A stretch of DNA of 63,736 nt, counting the filler, from Collodictyon triciliatum (taxonomy: Eukaryota): NCBI GenBank assembly GCA_043381765.1. It is 5 parts of 5 records of this genome, joined end to end, with 100 filler letters (N's around TTAATTAATTAA, not from the genome) between each part and the next. Parts side by side here need not be neighbours in the genome. Positions count along the whole stretch, not along the records: positions 59,927 to 63,736 come from JBHJMP010000746.1; 4 more parts are not named here. The stretch is one strand, 5' to 3'. Each line of letters opens with the position of its first letter. The stretch's first letter is position 1. Positions 60,071-63,736 of this stretch are shown here, in pieces. The notes beneath the pieces were generated by a model. That model saw only the letters and a list, made by a program, of their open reading frames with translations. It was not told the DNA's origin and made no database searches. A program made the translations under genes and the position numbers.

Positions 60071-61130
60071 TTTGTTTTCTGTTTTATTTGTACCCCAGGC
60101 TGAAGTGATTACCACTGCCTAACCTTATCTTATCTCTTGGATACAATATTTATTATATCGCTTGTTGAATCGAATTGGCGGGATTGGATTCATGTCCCTG
60201 ATTTCGTATCACCTATATCCACCGTAGCATTAAATATACCTACCTTCATACACCTACTTCGTTGGGATTTCTTTTCGTATAATTGTCTTGGGTTGTAAAA
60301 AATAATTAACACCTCCATCCATTTATTTCTATATTTCATCAATCCTCATTTACCGACTCCACAAGGTGAGTATGTGACAGAATGCGTTGGCGGGCCCGAA
60401 GATTTGCAGGAGAGCCATCTGCCCCAAAACTATACGACGCACTGCGACCCACGCCTGAACTACGCGCAGAGCATGGAAGTAAGATCGCTTTTCTTTCGAC
60501 AATGACGAAGATCGACAAGAAGAGCACCGCCGCCACCACAGTTTTATTTACTTGACTTCCACACATACACACCAGATCGCCTTCATTCTGGCCAAACATC
60601 TTACAAAGGACCGCATTCGCCGCCATGGGTCTCACCACAATCTCCGAAGCTTGGCATGATAACTTTATATTCCTATACATTCTCTTGTCCTTTCTCTTTC
60701 TCTTTCTCCTTCCCTCCAATGAAAGAAAAGAAAAGAAGGAAAGGAGGAACCCTTAACAGAAATCAAAGAACAAAAACAAACAAATCCTGTCAAGTCATCC
60801 ACCTTCTCCCCTATTTTGATTTGATATTCCGAAAGAGAAACCATCCCTTGTCTTTTTGTTTTCTTTTTCTTTCTCTCCAATCTATCTTTATTAAACACAT
60901 CAACGACAAATAACAACCGTGCCACTTTCCCGAGACACCAAAGCATGCCATCCAACCAGCAATCCCGAATCGTGCGGATGCGAGGGCAGAGACTAACGAC
61001 CCAACGCCATCACAATAAACACAAGAACCCCATCGCCGCCCAGCCGAGGCAGAAACGCTTGGCATCTGCACCAGCACAGATTTATTCCCTGCAGGTCAAC
61101 GCAGCCCACCCGAGCCGCCTGGCCCGTGTG

Positions 61131-62155
61131 CTAAGCAACGTACTTGTAGAGCCGGCTGCCGGCCTCGTAGACAAAGTCCTGCTCGACAAGAAGCTGGATG
61201 GCCAGGTGAATCGTGACCGGGCGCACATGCGGCATCTTCTTGTGCGTCCGGATGTGCTCCTCGATTCTGTCCAGAGTCACTAACCCCACAGACAAACCAG
61301 TGCGGGTTGAATGCCTGTGAGTACCTCTCCTTATGCTTGTGTGGGCTTTTTACATATATACACACGATGCGCAATGAATCAAAAAAATTTTCATCGCAAC
61401 AATAACCATCAAATGGTGGGAGAGGTAAAAAAAAATAAAATAAAAAATAGATGGATAAATTAATTCAAAATGAAATAAATCCAAAAGAAAAATAAAACAC
61501 TATAATAAATAAATTAATGAATGTGGAGACACATCACCATCGCAGCGCTATGGTCAAGCAAGGTTTTAAGGCGCTGTTTTGTTGTGTGCCGCGAGACAAA
61601 GGAAGAGTTACCTCCTTTGCAATCTTCGCGTAGGTGATATTCCAAGATGAAGCGCTTCATCTCTGAGGCGAGGAATTCTCTTGTGACTCTCTGGTACGTG
61701 CTGGTTTCCTGGTCGATCAAAAGGATGCTTCCAGACCCAACCAACTGGCGCATCGCCTTTGCAAAGACCTCAAAGGCATTCCTGGCGCGAGTCTGCACGT
61801 CGGTTAAAATGGACGATGAGCAGAGCAGATCAAAGACAGCCTAGATAATGGTTCTTCACGCTGGCATATAGTTGATTTATTTCCCTGCCATCTTTTCTTA
61901 GTTCAGGCTCAGCCCCATATCCTCAAAACCTGACGATGTGATGATATGTGAAGAAAAGTGATTGATTGCCGCACCTTCTTGACCTCCTCCAAGACCAACA
62001 GAGCCAGCCTCGGATGGCTGCAAACGGACTCATAGTCAAACACGTCTGGCAACTCCTCAATCACGAGGCTCATTTCGTCCGTAAATGCGTGACTTTCCTT
62101 TTGTTTAAGTTAGGTGACTCAACATTTCATCAACGTACGCAAGGGATATGAAGGT

Positions 62156-62214
<59 letters not shown>

Positions 62215-63560
62215 NNNNNNNNNNNNNNNNNNNNNNNNNNNNNNNNNNNNNNNNNNNNNNNNNNNNNNNNNNNNNNNNNNNNNNNNNNNNNNNNNNNNNN
62301 NNNNNNNNNNNNNNAGGAAAGGAAAGGAAAGGAAAGGAAAGGAAAGGAAAGGAAAGGAAAGGAAAGGAAAGGAAAGGAAAGGAAAGGAAAGGAAAGGAAA
62401 GGAAAGGAAAGAAAAAGAAGAGGGATGAATAAATGAATGCATAGATGATGATTGTGGTAAATATTTTAGTCTGATGGTTATGGTGTACACATAATTGAAC
62501 GCACTAAACTTTCTCTATGTGAATATGCGACAAAGGTATGGGTTGGACAGTTTCTGTTGCGTTACCAATATCTTCTATCCCGACTTCTCTGGACTCTTGA
62601 TAACTCACTATTTTCCCTTTGATCCGAACCGTGTTGCATATTGAGATATCCGGTCGTCTTCCTATAGGAAACAATGTGTCGAGATGGTGGGGTTGAATGA
62701 CTATTCTTGTGGCTGGATGCTGGGGTCCATGTCTGGAGTACTTGATTGAATATACAAAGTCTTTGGAGCCTGTTGAGTCTTCGCATTCAGGATTTCGGTG
62801 TTTTGACTCTCTAGTCCTTTTCGTTGCATCATCAGGCTCTGTATCATGCGTAAGATGTCTTTTTGTCCATTCTACGCAATTGATTGCACCGGTACCATCA
62901 TCCACTGTAGCATTACAAAGAAGTTGAATTAACTGGAGTTTTTTTTTTTTAAAAAAAAATCATTATAATCATAAATACATACATGAATAGGTAAAGACGA
63001 TAAAGAAAGGGGGTTTACCAATGACATATTGAATAATCTTTGATTTTCGTACATCAATTGAAACGTGTTGAAATGGCGATATCTATTGTTACAAATGTAC
63101 CTTCATTTATTTTTGAGATTACCTTGGTATATTTTGCGTTTATGTGTATCTTTTATTCCTACGACTGTCCCGACAAACTCAACCTGGTAGATATAGCGTT
63201 TTCCATATAGATAGAAACCTGACTTTGCCATTTTCGTTGAAAATATAATATATTGTACCAACGAAATGTGCTTCATATTTTTAACATATGACAGGGTACA
63301 CTTGTTGCACGACATGATTGCTTAATTATTTATCTCGTTCATTTTTTCCTATTACTTTTTTTTTTGTCTCTTCTTAAACAAAAATAGAAAGAAAGAAGTG
63401 ATAAGGGACCATACAAATACATGAAATGGACACCTTTTTCGACAGTGTGCTCTTTCATCTCGAGTATCTGAGCAATGCTGCACTTGATATGAGTCCACAG
63501 AGCTGGGTCATCAGAGGACAACTCCTTTTGTATGTGGTGCCCTTGATACGCACCCGTCAT
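61131..63560 (-). CDS. STN1: CST complex subunit STN1 (OB fold + two winged helices)
   Basis: DPALWTHIKCSIAQILEMKE/GFYLYGKRYIYQVEFVGTVVGI/VDDGTGAINCVEW...VRIKGKIVSYQESREV. C-terminal wHTH-like FAKAMRQLVGSGSI and IHLAIQLLVEQDFVYEAGSRLYKYVA*. The N-terminal DP motif and the double wHTH favour STN1 over RPA2. Confidence 0.82.
62156..62411. repeat. (GT)n - gap - (GGAAA)n in an STN1 intron
   Basis: Directly visible. Confidence 0.95.
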
Positions 63561-63639
63561 TAGGCCTTTCTGAAAATAAAAATTGTAGCGGGTTAGCATA
63601 CTCTTGGCTACTTAAGTATCATAGGAAAAAAACACAAAA

Positions 63640-63736
63640 GCATAAAAAGCATAAAAAGCATAAAAAGCATAAAAAGCATAAAAAGCATAAAAAGCATAAA
63701 AAGCATAAAAAGCATAAAAAGCATAAAAAGCATAAA
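63640..63736. repeat. (GCATAAAA)n
   Basis: Directly visible. Confidence 0.95.

Noticed and set aside
60339-60719. 126-aa minus-strand ORF downstream of STN1
   Set aside because: No recognisable domain or splice structure; cannot be told apart from UTR or intergenic sequence.

Overview
Eukaryotic, AT-rich, intron-dense, microsatellite-rich draft genomic DNA in the standard genetic code. It is probably amoebozoan (inference from a short Dictyostelium-CxfA-type COX4). There are many N gaps, four of which carry an artificial TTAATTAATTAA spacer, so the ORF track is mostly fragments. Genes reconstructed by hand from GT-AG exons: an EF-hand/WD40 protein (WDR49/CFAP337-like), COX4, an LRR + Cys-rich + multipass membrane receptor, a tandem two-repeat cyclic-nucleotide-gated K+ channel, a DENN RabGEF, an intronless GT-A glycosyltransferase, a polyprotein with at least four cysteine dioxygenase (CDO) domains, a large coiled-coil protein, a secreted kelch protein, a secreted double MRH-like protein, a cytochrome P450 and STN1. 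The three most striking observations: (1) the tandem CDO protein, whose repeats differ at the Cys-Tyr cofactor positions; (2) a family of ultra-short (15-37 bp) poly(A)-tailed insertions with 16-17 bp target-site duplications, matching the 3' end of a LINE-like fragment in the same window; (3) a candidate ~140-nt structured RNA. Exon boundaries are manual and approximate.
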